From an uncultured bacterium (lineage in GTDB: Bacteria > Hydrothermota > UBA3073 > NMUJ01 > CBEVQO01): DNA of 64,000 nucleotides. A program made the position numbers and the translations under genes. Under the pieces are notes generated by a model that was not told the origin of the DNA, did no database searches, and saw only the letters and a list, made by a program, of their open reading frames with translations. Location of the stretch: the NCBI GenBank assembly GCA_965552055.1, contig CBEVQO010000010.1, positions 16,712 to 80,711 of the forward strand, in the 5' to 3' direction. The first letter of the stretch is position 1, and the number at the start of each line of letters is the position of its first letter. Shown here in pieces: positions 42,213 through 50,714 of the stretch.

Positions 42213-42709
42213 AAAAGCCAGTCCTCGTACTGAATAATACATTCGAACCTATAAATATAACAAAAATAAAAAGGGCAATATCTCTCCTCTATCTTGATAA
42301 AGCAGAATTGCTGGAAAAATATGACTTTAAAATAAGGTCACCTTCAACTTCAATAGATGCACCGAGCGTAATAAGATTAAAATATTATGTAAAAATTAGA
42401 AGAAGAGAAATTCCCTTGACAAAGAAAAACATTTTGAAAAGAGACCATTATACATGCCAGTATTGTGGCAAAAAGGGCGGAAATTTAACCATCGACCATG
42501 TCATTCCAAAGCAACTTGGCGGCGAAGATACATGGGAAAATCTCGTCTGTGCATGCGCAGAATGTAACGCAAAAAAAGGAGGAAGAACACTTGAAGAAGC
42601 AGGAATGAAATTGCTTAAAAAACCTTCTAAACCTCATTTTATCTTATTCTTATTGCATAACTCAAAACTACCAGACGAAAAGTGGAAAACTTATCTATTC
42701 CTTGATTGA
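42209..42709 (+). CDS. HNH endonuclease (McrA-like family)
   Basis: VLVLN..FEP, RD.YTCQYCG, TIDHVIP..GG..WENLV..C..CN..KG; likely TTG start 42209. Confidence 0.92.
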   Translation: MKKPVLVLNNTFEPINITKIKRAISLLYLDKAELLEKYDFKIRSPSTSIDAPSVIRLKYYVKIRRREIPLTKKNILKRDHYTCQYCGKKGGNLTIDHVIPKQLGGEDTWENLVCACAECNAKKGGRTLEEAGMKLLKKPSKPHFILFLLHNSKLPDEKWKTYLFLD

Positions 42710-43916
42710 AATAATATTAACAATTATACTAACAAAAATAGAAGCAACAGATTCCCTTCCTCAAAATATCCAAAAATTTAAAAATGAAAAACTAAATAAG
42801 AGCAATGTCGAAAAAATAATTAACAGAGTTTTGGAATATTACGCTAACAGAGGTTATCCATTTTGCATCGTAAAACCCCAGATAACGATTAAAAAAGATT
42901 CTGCAACATTAACTTTAAACATAGAAAAAGGAAAAAAATTTATCGTAAAAAAAATCTCTTCAAAAAACATCAAGATAAAAGAAGAAAGATTAAAAAAATT
43001 TTTCAACACCAGAAACGGAGAAATATTCACTTATAAAAAGATAAAAATGGGCAGGAATAAACTTTTGAAATATTCCTTTTGCTATGACAGCCTAAAATTA
43101 ACCCAAAATGGTGAAATATTTTTTTATTTTCGCAAATCTTCTAAATTCAAAATAATTTTGGGTTATTACAAAGAAATTTTTTTAAATCTCCAGTATCAAG
43201 ATAAGAATTTTTTAAATTATCTTTTTCCAATTTCAATAGAAGCTGAAAAAATGAAGGATTATACTTCCATCGAAGCAGATTTTTATCTCCCCTATATCTT
43301 CAGGAATTTAACTTTTAATCAAATTTTAAATTACAAAATATGGAAAAATGATTCTGTTAATATGACATTTGATTTTAATTTTTCACTTTTATACGAAACT
43401 CCTTCTTTTTCGCCATTCTGGGGTTTTAGATTTTTCTCCGAAAACTATAAAAATAAATACAGCGCACAAACAGGTGTAAAAATTTTTACAAAATTTTTCA
43501 AAAATAAAACAGAAATATTATTTTCAAAAAAATTAGAAAAATTCTTCAATGCAGGAGACTTACATTTTGGAAAAAATGTTTTCGCACAGATAAAATTCAT
43601 CTTTGGAAAAATAAACACATCCTTTGATTTTGATGTTTACTACATTGGTGGTTTAAAAAATTTAAGAGGATTCAAAGAAATGCAATTTTCTTCAAAGGAC
43701 TTTAAAATTTTTAACATCGAAGTAGGAAAAATTTTAAATCAATATTTAAAATTTTTAATATTCTATGACAAAGCGATTTTTGAAGAATCACATTATGGAT
43801 ATGGTGCGGGTTTACTCATCGATTCTAAGAATTATTTCGTAGGAATATGGCTGGGCATCCCTGATGGAAATTTTAAGGATAGTAAAATCCATTCTGCTTT
43901 AACTTTTAAGTTCTGA
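42702..43916 (+). CDS. Omp85/TamA-like outer-membrane protein
   Basis: POTRA-like Y.NRGYPF, GG..NLRGF.E motif, C-terminal Phe. Confidence 0.75.
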   Translation: MIEIILTIILTKIEATDSLPQNIQKFKNEKLNKSNVEKIINRVLEYYANRGYPFCIVKPQITIKKDSATLTLNIEKGKKFIVKKISSKNIKIKEERLKKFFNTRNGEIFTYKKIKMGRNKLLKYSFCYDSLKLTQNGEIFFYFRKSSKFKIILGYYKEIFLNLQYQDKNFLNYLFPISIEAEKMKDYTSIEADFYLPYIFRNLTFNQILNYKIWKNDSVNMTFDFNFSLLYETPSFSPFWGFRFFSENYKNKYSAQTGVKIFTKFFKNKTEILFSKKLEKFFNAGDLHFGKNVFAQIKFIFGKINTSFDFDVYYIGGLKNLRGFKEMQFSSKDFKIFNIEVGKILNQYLKFLIFYDKAIFEESHYGYGAGLLIDSKNYFVGIWLGIPDGNFKDSKIHSALTFKF

Positions 43917-44771
43917 TACAAAATCCGGAATGAACCTCTCTTTCCCCATTGTAACTATGTAAAAACCATCGCATAAGTTTTTTATTTCCTTCGCAATTTC
44001 AAGTGATATTTTAAAACCTTCTTCCTGTACATCCTTTGCAGATTTCAACCTTTTTATCACCTCATCGGGTATATATACACCGGGTAACCTATTTTTCATA
44101 AATTCAGCAAATCTGTAAGATGTGAGTATTGCTATCCCTGCTATTATCCTTGTATTGAATTTTTTTACATATTTCATAAATTCTTCAAATTTTTCTGTAT
44201 CGAAAACTATTTGTGTTTGGAAAAATTGTGCTCCTGCCTTTATTTTTTTCTCAAATTTTATTAACTCGGGCTCCAGAGGTGTGCTAAAAGGATTTACGGC
44301 TGCTCCTATGAAAAAATCGGTTTTGCCTTTCAACTTATATCCTTCAAAATCTATACCTTCATTTAATTTTTTACAAAGTAAAATCAAATTTACGGAATCA
44401 AGGTCGAACACAGGTTTTGCATCTTTATATTTTTCACCCGAAAAGGGATGGTCTCCAGTAATGAGTAAAACTGTTTGCACACCCATGCTCCATGCACCCA
44501 GCAAATCTGCCTGTATCGCCAATCTATTTCTATCCCTGCACGATACATGTAAAATAGGGTCAATACCAATTTTGAGAGCAGTAACCGCACCTGCTAAGGG
44601 TGAAAGGCGTAAAAGAGCACGCTGATTATCAGTAAGATTAACAGCATCCACTATCCCTTTTAATTTTCTCAAATTCCTCTTAAAAGCTTTTATATCACAA
44701 CCATGTGGTAAATAAACTTCCGCAGTATAAACAAATTTGCCTGACAAAAGCGAATCTTTAAATCTTACCAT
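43899..44771 (-). CDS. metF: Methylenetetrahydrofolate reductase
   Basis: CRDRNR.A.Q..L, L.ITGD, KKIKAGAQFFQTQ. Confidence 0.92.
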   Translation of the reverse strand: MVRFKDSLLSGKFVYTAEVYLPHGCDIKAFKRNLRKLKGIVDAVNLTDNQRALLRLSPLAGAVTALKIGIDPILHVSCRDRNRLAIQADLLGAWSMGVQTVLLITGDHPFSGEKYKDAKPVFDLDSVNLILLCKKLNEGIDFEGYKLKGKTDFFIGAAVNPFSTPLEPELIKFEKKIKAGAQFFQTQIVFDTEKFEEFMKYVKKFNTRIIAGIAILTSYRFAEFMKNRLPGVYIPDEVIKRLKSAKDVQEEGFKISLEIAKEIKNLCDGFYIVTMGKERFIPDFVSELKS

Positions 44772-45237
44772 ATTTTTCGAGTATTTTCTCGATTATTTTA
44801 GTTGTCGAATATTCTGGATATAAAGGGCAAAACTCCACTTTTCCGCCGTAAGATTGCACAAAATCCGCACCAACAACCTTTTTACCACGCCAATCTTCAC
44901 CTTTCACAAGTACATCTGGCTTTATCACTTTTATCAAATTCTCCGGTGTATCTTCATCGAAAATTACTATGTAATCAATATATTCAATAGCGGATAATAT
45001 CTCTGACCTTCCCTTCACATCAATTATCGGACGCTTCTCTCCCTTTATCCTTCTTACAGATGAATCGGAATTCAATCCAACGATTAAAACATCTCCAAGA
45101 GATTTTGCAAATCTAAAACTTTTTATATGACCGGGATGTATCACATCAAAACATCCATTTGTAAAAACTATCTTTTTACCTTCTTTTCTTAATCTTTCTG
45201 CTATTTCCTTTATCTCATCTCTGCTTTTTAATTTCAT
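44758..45237 (-). CDS. rfaE2: ADP-heptose synthase, adenylyltransferase domain
   Basis: VFTNGCFD..HPGH, VGLNSD.SV..KG..RP, STT.II. Confidence 0.93.
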   Translation of the reverse strand: MKLKSRDEIKEIAERLRKEGKKIVFTNGCFDVIHPGHIKSFRFAKSLGDVLIVGLNSDSSVRRIKGEKRPIIDVKGRSEILSAIEYIDYIVIFDEDTPENLIKVIKPDVLVKGEDWRGKKVVGADFVQSYGGKVEFCPLYPEYSTTKIIEKILEKYGKI

Positions 45238-45757
45238 TTTCGATTAATTTTCTGCATTTATCACAAAAATTATAAGATTTTCTATCGGTATCCCATATTG
45301 AATTTGAGAAAAACATAACACATTTTGGATTATTGCAATGATGAAGTCCAAAGCAATGCCCCAATTCATGCACACATTCTTTTAATGCCCTTACTTTGAA
45401 AAGAGAATCATCGGAATTTTCTCCATAAAATTCCGGATAGAGGCGTTTTAGAGCGACAACACAGTATCTTCCACCAATAGCCGATGCCAAGCCGAAAACA
45501 AAATTTAAATTAGGAACATAGAGGTCAAGGTCTGTTATACCAAGTATTTTATCGTAGTTGGATTTTCTAAAATTTAAAATTAAACTCTCAATGAATTTTT
45601 CTGCCATATATTGACCTCTTTGGGGATTATAGGAAGATTGAGGAATATCAATTTTTCTCTCGATTACAAGTTTTGGGTTGAAAATTTTTTCGAGATTTTG
45701 TTGAAGATAATCTAAAAGGGTAGAATCAACATCACCTATCGGAACTATTGCAATCAC
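45215..45757 (-). CDS. Archaemetzincin-family Zn metalloprotease
   Basis: NFVFGLA, HELGHCFGLHHC…CVM.FSN…D.K…FC..C. Confidence 0.93.
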   Translation of the reverse strand: MIAIVPIGDVDSTLLDYLQQNLEKIFNPKLVIERKIDIPQSSYNPQRGQYMAEKFIESLILNFRKSNYDKILGITDLDLYVPNLNFVFGLASAIGGRYCVVALKRLYPEFYGENSDDSLFKVRALKECVHELGHCFGLHHCNNPKCVMFFSNSIWDTDRKSYNFCDKCRKLIENEIKKQR

Positions 45758-45761
45758 ATAA

Positions 45762-45823
45762 ATTTTAAGTGAAATGGGATATTGTCAAGTTATTACTTGA
45801 CTTTTTCAAATAATAAATACAAT
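45762..45823. promoter_or_regulatory. Divergent promoter pair, both N15 and leaderless
   Basis: Minus: TTGACA(45788-83)-N15-TAAAAT(45767-62). Plus: TTGACT(45797-802)-N15-TACAAT(45818-23). Confidence 0.7.
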
Positions 45824-45828
45824 ATCCG

Positions 45829-46227
45829 ATGAACGAAGTCAGAAACAAATTGAAAAATTTAAAAAACTTATTTGAAGAAGCAAAAGAATATTTGAAAAAT
45901 GGCAATGTAGTACAGGGATGCGAAAAGCTTTACAAAATAACGGAAGATTGTATAAAGTTATTGGCTGAGCATTTTGAGCTTGAAGAATTTAAAGAGGCGA
46001 AGAAAGAGGGAACATGGTGGAGCAAACTGCTTGCAAGGGCTTCACTTTCGCTTTCACAAAAATTAAATGAGATGAAAATACATTCTGCATGGCTTGAAGC
46101 ATTTGATTTGCATCGCCATGGCTTCCACGAAGAAATTTATACAAAAGAAGATGTGGAAAATAAAAAAGCAGTCCCTCTCATTGAATGGCTCTTAAACTAT
46201 ACAGAAGAAATTTTGAGAAATGGATAA
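45829..46227 (+). CDS. PaREP1-family protein, copy 1
   Basis: EA..YL..G.VVQ..EKLYK..E..IK.LA…W…LH..GFHE. Confidence 0.85.
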   Translation: MNEVRNKLKNLKNLFEEAKEYLKNGNVVQGCEKLYKITEDCIKLLAEHFELEEFKEAKKEGTWWSKLLARASLSLSQKLNEMKIHSAWLEAFDLHRHGFHEEIYTKEDVENKKAVPLIEWLLNYTEEILRNG

Positions 46228-46898
46228 ACTTGTAACGATTTATACATCTGTTGATTCAAAGGAAAAAGCATTTGAGATAGCCAGAAAATTACTCTGTGAT
46301 AAATTATGTGCATGTGTAAATATTTTTCCTTTGCAATCTCTTTACTGGTGGGAAGGCAAAATCGAAGTCGCTGATGAATGCGGTATCTTCATAAAAACAA
46401 GGAAATCAATTTATAAGAAGACAGTAGAAAAACTTAAAGAAATCCATCCCTATTCTGTGCCAATGATAATAGTTTATGAAGCAGAGTTTGTGTTCGATAA
46501 ATATATGGACTGGCTTATAAAAGAAACTTCAAATGAATAAATTAAAAAAACTTAAAAATTTATTAAAAGAAGCAAAGGAATATCTGAAAAATGGCAATGT
46601 AGTACAGGGATGCGAAAAGCTTTACAAAATAACGGAAGATTGTATAAAGTTATTGGCTGAGCATTTTGAGCTTGAAGAATTTAAAGAGGCGAAGAAAGAG
46701 GGAACATGGTGGAGCAAACTGCTTGCAAGGGCTTCACTTTCGCTTTCACAAAAATTAAATGAGATGAAAATACATTCTGCATGGCTTGAAGCATTTGATT
46801 TGCATCGCCATGGCTTCCACGAAGAAATTTATACAAAAGAAGATGTGGAAAATAAAAAAGCAGTCCCTCTCATTGAATGGCTCTTAAACTATACAGAA
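45893..46898 (+). repeat. 314-bp identical direct repeat (45893-46206 = 46585-46898)
   Basis: Base-by-base identity read by eye, offset 692; flanks are similar but diverged. Confidence 0.9.
46220..46540 (+). CDS. cutA: Divalent-cation tolerance protein CutA
   Basis: L.ACVNI…S.YWWEG.IE…E…IKT…HPYSVP.I. Confidence 0.95.
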   Translation: MDKLVTIYTSVDSKEKAFEIARKLLCDKLCACVNIFPLQSLYWWEGKIEVADECGIFIKTRKSIYKKTVEKLKEIHPYSVPMIIVYEAEFVFDKYMDWLIKETSNE

Positions 46899-46919
46899 AA
46901 AATTTTGAAAAATAAATAA
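46533..46919 (+). CDS. PaREP1-family protein, copy 2
   Basis: Near-identical to 45829-46227. Confidence 0.85.
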   Translation: MNKLKKLKNLLKEAKEYLKNGNVVQGCEKLYKITEDCIKLLAEHFELEEFKEAKKEGTWWSKLLARASLSLSQKLNEMKIHSAWLEAFDLHRHGFHEEIYTKEDVENKKAVPLIEWLLNYTEKILKNK

Positions 46920-47009
46920 AAATTAGAAAGTGCTGAAAAATTTCTGGGTGGCGGTGGGATAAACAAAACTCACTTGACAAAAATAAAAAATGAATTATAA
47001 TAATTTACG

Positions 47010-47192
47010 ATGAAAGTGCTTTTTTACATAGGAATTTTGCTTATCATTGCAGGAGTATCGCTCTTTCTTTATCTTGTCTTTAGAAAACCAGAAAATGATT
47101 TACAATCCAAAATTTTAAAAGAACTAAAGGGAATGCGAAAAGATATGCATAGTGAACATCAAAAAATCATTCAATTGATAAAACAGGAGTGA
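47010..47192 (+). CDS. Small single-TM protein
   Basis: Hydrophobic N-terminus; preceded by TTGACA(46974)-N16-TATAAT(46996); overlaps the thiC start. Confidence 0.6.
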   Translation: MKVLFYIGILLIIAGVSLFLYLVFRKPENDLQSKILKELKGMRKDMHSEHQKIIQLIKQE

Positions 47193-48487
47193 TTATGACG
47201 CAAATAGAATCAGCCAAAAAGGGCATAATAACAGAAGAAATGAAGGAGATAGCCCGGCAAGAAGGCTTATCTCCCGAATTCATACGCGATGGTGTAGCAA
47301 AGGGCGAAATTGTCATCCTCACAAACAGTAAAAAGCCACCACAGAGATTGGTTGCAGTAGGTAAGGGTCTTCGCACAAAAGTTAACGCAAATATTGGTTC
47401 ATCCGAAGATTACGCAAGCATTGAGGAAGAAGTTGAGAAAGCCCGAGTAGCAGAGGAAGCAGGAGCAGATACGATAATGGACTTATCTACTGGCGGTGAC
47501 CTCCGCAAATTCCGTCTCGCTATAAGAGAAGCTTTTAAGGGACCTATGGGCACCGTTCCAATTTATGAAGCTGCTATAAATTCTGCAAGGAAAAAAGGAG
47601 GAATAATTTTTATGACAGAAGATGATTTATTTTCCACTATTGAGCAACATGCAAAAGATGGAGTAAATTTTGTAACGGTACATTGTGGGGTTACTTTACA
47701 AACCCTCGAAAGATTAAAGAGACAGGGAAGAATTACGGATGTTGTATCAAGGGGTGGTGCTTTTCATCTAACATGGATGGTTTACAACAAAAAAGAAAAT
47801 CCATTATACCAGCATTTTGATAAATTACTTGAAATTGCCCATGAGTATGACCTTACTTTGAGTTTGGGTGATGGTTTGCGTCCTGGTTCTATTGCTGATT
47901 CCACAGATAGAGCGCAAATACAGGAGCTTATTTTACTTGGCGAGTTAAAAGAGCGTGCAAACAAAGCAGGTGTGCAGGTAATGATTGAAGGTCCCGGTCA
48001 TCTTATGCTAAACGAAATTCATGCAAACATTATGCTTGAGAAAAAACATTGCGGTAATGCTCCTTTTTATGTGCTTGGACCTATTGTTACAGACATTGCA
48101 CCGGGTTATGACCATATAACTTCTGCTGTGGGTGCTGCACTTGCTGCAAGTTATGGAGCAGATTTTATTTGTTATGTAACACCGACAGAACATGTTTGTT
48201 TGCCAACAAAGGAAGATGTAAAAATTGGAGTTATATCTGCTCGTATTGCAGCGCATATCGGTGACCTCGTAAAGGGTGTAAAAGGTGCGTTTGAATGGGA
48301 TTTGGAGATGTCAAAGGCAAGGAAGTCACTCAACTGGCGTCGTCAGGAAGAGTTAGCAATAGACCCCTATTTATTCAAGAAATTGAGGGAAGAGCGTCCT
48401 TCTCACTTTGATAAAGTTTGCTCAATGTGCGGCGAATACTGCGCAATAAAATTAGTAAAGGAGATGCTGAAAGGAAGTAAAGATTAA
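47189..48487 (+). CDS. thiC: Phosphomethylpyrimidine synthase ThiC (ThiC/BzaAB family)
   Basis: KVNANIG.S, MDLSTGG, SRGG, LGDGLRPG, EGPGH, GYDHIT, CSMCG..C. Confidence 0.92.
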   Translation: MIMTQIESAKKGIITEEMKEIARQEGLSPEFIRDGVAKGEIVILTNSKKPPQRLVAVGKGLRTKVNANIGSSEDYASIEEEVEKARVAEEAGADTIMDLSTGGDLRKFRLAIREAFKGPMGTVPIYEAAINSARKKGGIIFMTEDDLFSTIEQHAKDGVNFVTVHCGVTLQTLERLKRQGRITDVVSRGGAFHLTWMVYNKKENPLYQHFDKLLEIAHEYDLTLSLGDGLRPGSIADSTDRAQIQELILLGELKERANKAGVQVMIEGPGHLMLNEIHANIMLEKKHCGNAPFYVLGPIVTDIAPGYDHITSAVGAALAASYGADFICYVTPTEHVCLPTKEDVKIGVISARIAAHIGDLVKGVKGAFEWDLEMSKARKSLNWRRQEELAIDPYLFKKLREERPSHFDKVCSMCGEYCAIKLVKEMLKGSKD

Positions 48488-49677
48488 TTATTTTTCTTCA
48501 AGAGTAAATAAATAATTTTGCATAATTTTTTACATTCATCAGGAGAATTACAATACATATGGACTTCTGTTCCATAACTATAATAATGGAAATTCCCCTT
48601 ACAACCTTCTTTTTCAAATTTCTCTCGAAACTCCTTTTCTTCAATATCTTTAAAATTATGAACATATACTCTTACCTGAAGTTTATTTTTATCTGATTGT
48701 GTCAAATATAAATGAATAAGTTTGCGACGGGGTCTTGCTATAGCATAATCGATACCATTCTCTGTTCTCCCACGCTTTAAATTTAAATCTTTTGCTAATT
48801 TATCAAAAATTTCAACATATTCTTTTAAATTATATCTTTTTATAAGAGAATCAATTTCTTCATCTGTCAAAGGTGTTCGCCTTTTACTTCTTTTCGCTTC
48901 TCTATAGTAATAGGAACTCAGCAAATTCGGTGCACCCATCAAATGAGGAATTATGTAAGTTTTTTCGCTTATTTTTACCTTGTCGAATCCGATCACTACA
49001 TATTGTCTACCTCTCTGACTTATTGCATTTTCGTAGTTGATCATCTCAAGTAAAGATTGGGATATATTATCGGTTGAAGTCGCTAAAACTAATCTAAAGC
49101 TACCTTCTCTCAACATGTTATCTAAATTGAAAATAAAATTTCTTTTGAACTCCTCGTCTTCTTTTTTAATAGGAGAAGGAGTAGGATTTCGATAATAAAC
49201 ATGATTAAATAATATCCATTCCCGTTCTTCCTTGCTTTTAAATTGCTTAAGGGCATTTACTAAGTTTTTTAAACTATCGGTAGGAGGCGATTCTTCTCCC
49301 ATTAATATTTCAAATAGTTCATCAATGCTTTTATTATTTAAAATACTAGCATAATAAATCAACTGAGCAAACACTTTCCTCACGTCTTCCGCTGTCTTTC
49401 CTATTCTTTTCAATTCAACAAGTGTGAGTAAACCTTTTCCATCTATAAATAACAAATCTATACCTTTTATTTCTTTGCCTAACAGAACAAGCTCAATATC
49501 AATCCCTTCTAAATCTCTTAAAGGTACTTGTAAGATTTCCGGGTTTTCAATAATGTAATTCCTTAACTTTTCCTCATCTCCAATTATATCTTCTGGAATT
49601 TCGAATAATCTCCCCAGCCTTTCCGCTTGCGTCTCTTCACGGTTTTCAGATACCTTATTTTTAATTACTTCATTCAT
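48484..49677 (-). CDS. PD-(D/E)XK nuclease (NucS/DUF91-like) with C-terminal domain
   Basis: E..L…IDLLFID..G.LTLVELKR…R…AQLIYYA. Confidence 0.75.
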   Translation of the reverse strand: MNEVIKNKVSENREETQAERLGRLFEIPEDIIGDEEKLRNYIIENPEILQVPLRDLEGIDIELVLLGKEIKGIDLLFIDGKGLLTLVELKRIGKTAEDVRKVFAQLIYYASILNNKSIDELFEILMGEESPPTDSLKNLVNALKQFKSKEEREWILFNHVYYRNPTPSPIKKEDEEFKRNFIFNLDNMLREGSFRLVLATSTDNISQSLLEMINYENAISQRGRQYVVIGFDKVKISEKTYIIPHLMGAPNLLSSYYYREAKRSKRRTPLTDEEIDSLIKRYNLKEYVEIFDKLAKDLNLKRGRTENGIDYAIARPRRKLIHLYLTQSDKNKLQVRVYVHNFKDIEEKEFREKFEKEGCKGNFHYYSYGTEVHMYCNSPDECKKLCKIIYLLLKKNN

Positions 49678-49698
49678 TTTACCTCCTTCTTTTAAAAA

Positions 49699-50208
49699 TT
49701 AACTATCGCTTTTCTTCAATTTCATTTCGAAATTTAATATCTCAATGTCTTTAACTTCACTTATTTCGGATACACTTTTTTCTACAGGTATTTTTTCTTT
49801 CTCTTTCACTTCGGTTTTCAAAACTTCCAATTTTACCCAGTTTATAATAATCACATGTTTTATTTTATTAGCAATAAACTTTGGGAAGGAAGGAGCGTTT
49901 TTTATTGCTTTATAATAATTATATAATTGATCAATCTCCTTACTGCTTGGCTCTTTACCTGTTTTGAGCTCTATGATAATTCCTTCTTCCTCATTTTTAT
50001 CAAAGACAATTAAATCGACTTTCCCACCCTTTAAAATACTTCCGCCATACATTATCGGTACCTCTAAATCTTTTAGATACTTTAGACCATTTTTAAGCAT
50101 CTCATAAATCAACGCCTGTCTGTATTGCTCTTCGTCAATAAATCCAAATGCTCCTAATTCTTTATAAACTTTTTCAGCAAGTTTTTTAACTTCTTCCTTC
50201 AAACTCAT
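49699..50208 (-). CDS. GxxExxY-family PD-(D/E)XK protein
   Basis: VYKELG.FGFIDEEQYRQAL, VDLIV…IIELK, QLYNY, IINW. Confidence 0.88.
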   Translation of the reverse strand: MSLKEEVKKLAEKVYKELGAFGFIDEEQYRQALIYEMLKNGLKYLKDLEVPIMYGGSILKGGKVDLIVFDKNEEEGIIIELKTGKEPSSKEIDQLYNYYKAIKNAPSFPKFIANKIKHVIIINWVKLEVLKTEVKEKEKIPVEKSVSEISEVKDIEILNFEMKLKKSDS

Positions 50209-50398
50209 TATCCCTCCTTTCTATTATTGCTTTAGCTACTTTGTCAATTTCCCAGAATAACTCATATTGCCCGAATATTTCTTTTATTAGCCATTCTTCA
50301 AATTCATTGATACTCATACCACCTTCCGTGACAAATTTTACTTTTAACACTTTTTCGACCCCTGATTTTTTCTTCCTTAAAACTTTCTCCACTCCCAT
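50186..50398 (-). CDS. Small hypothetical protein
   Basis: SD GAGGGGG; internal GVEKVL duplication. Confidence 0.55.
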   Translation of the reverse strand: MGVEKVLRKKKSGVEKVLKVKFVTEGGMSINEFEEWLIKEIFGQYELFWEIDKVAKAIIERRDNEFEGRS

Positions 50399-50411
50399 TT
50401 TTGACCCCCTC

Positions 50412-50678
50412 TTAGATTGTGAATTCTACATCGAATTTGATTGGTTCTTCTTTCTCTTCTTTGACATAAATAGGTAAATCCGATAATTTGCCCGCAGATT
50501 CACACAATTTTAATAAATCTTCTTTGTCCAAATTTTTACTTCTTATCCTATCATAAGGAACATCGCTCAATTTTGATAGCAAATGTAATACAAAATCAAC
50601 AGAATTTATCTTCTTTAACCTCACCAGAACCTTTTTGCCTTCTCCTGCCAATTTTATTATCTCATCAAGGTATTTCAT
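50412..50678 (-). CDS. Mini-protein resembling an internal segment of DnaB helicase
   Basis: LLSKLSDVPYDRIRSKNLDKEDLLKLCESAGKLSDLPIYV; start refined to ATG 50678. Confidence 0.65.
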   Translation of the reverse strand: MKYLDEIIKLAGEGKKVLVRLKKINSVDFVLHLLSKLSDVPYDRIRSKNLDKEDLLKLCESAGKLSDLPIYVKEEKEEPIKFDVEFTI

Positions 50679-50684
50679 CGAAAA

Positions 50685-50711
50685 ATTATAAGCACACCAT
50701 AATTTTGTCAA
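50685..50711 (-). promoter_or_regulatory. Perfect TTGACA-N15-TATAAT internal promoter, leaderless
   Basis: ATG 50678 lies 6 nt after -10. Confidence 0.75.
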
Positions 50712-50714
50712 GTA

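Noticed and set aside
42209..42709. Mobile homing endonuclease
   Set aside because: Belongs to a widespread chromosomal HNH family, is operon-embedded and shows no intron/intein context
46920..47189. TPP riboswitch before thiC
   Set aside because: No CTGAGA/GATAAT..AGCG.AGGGA core; the space is occupied by a promoter and a small ORF
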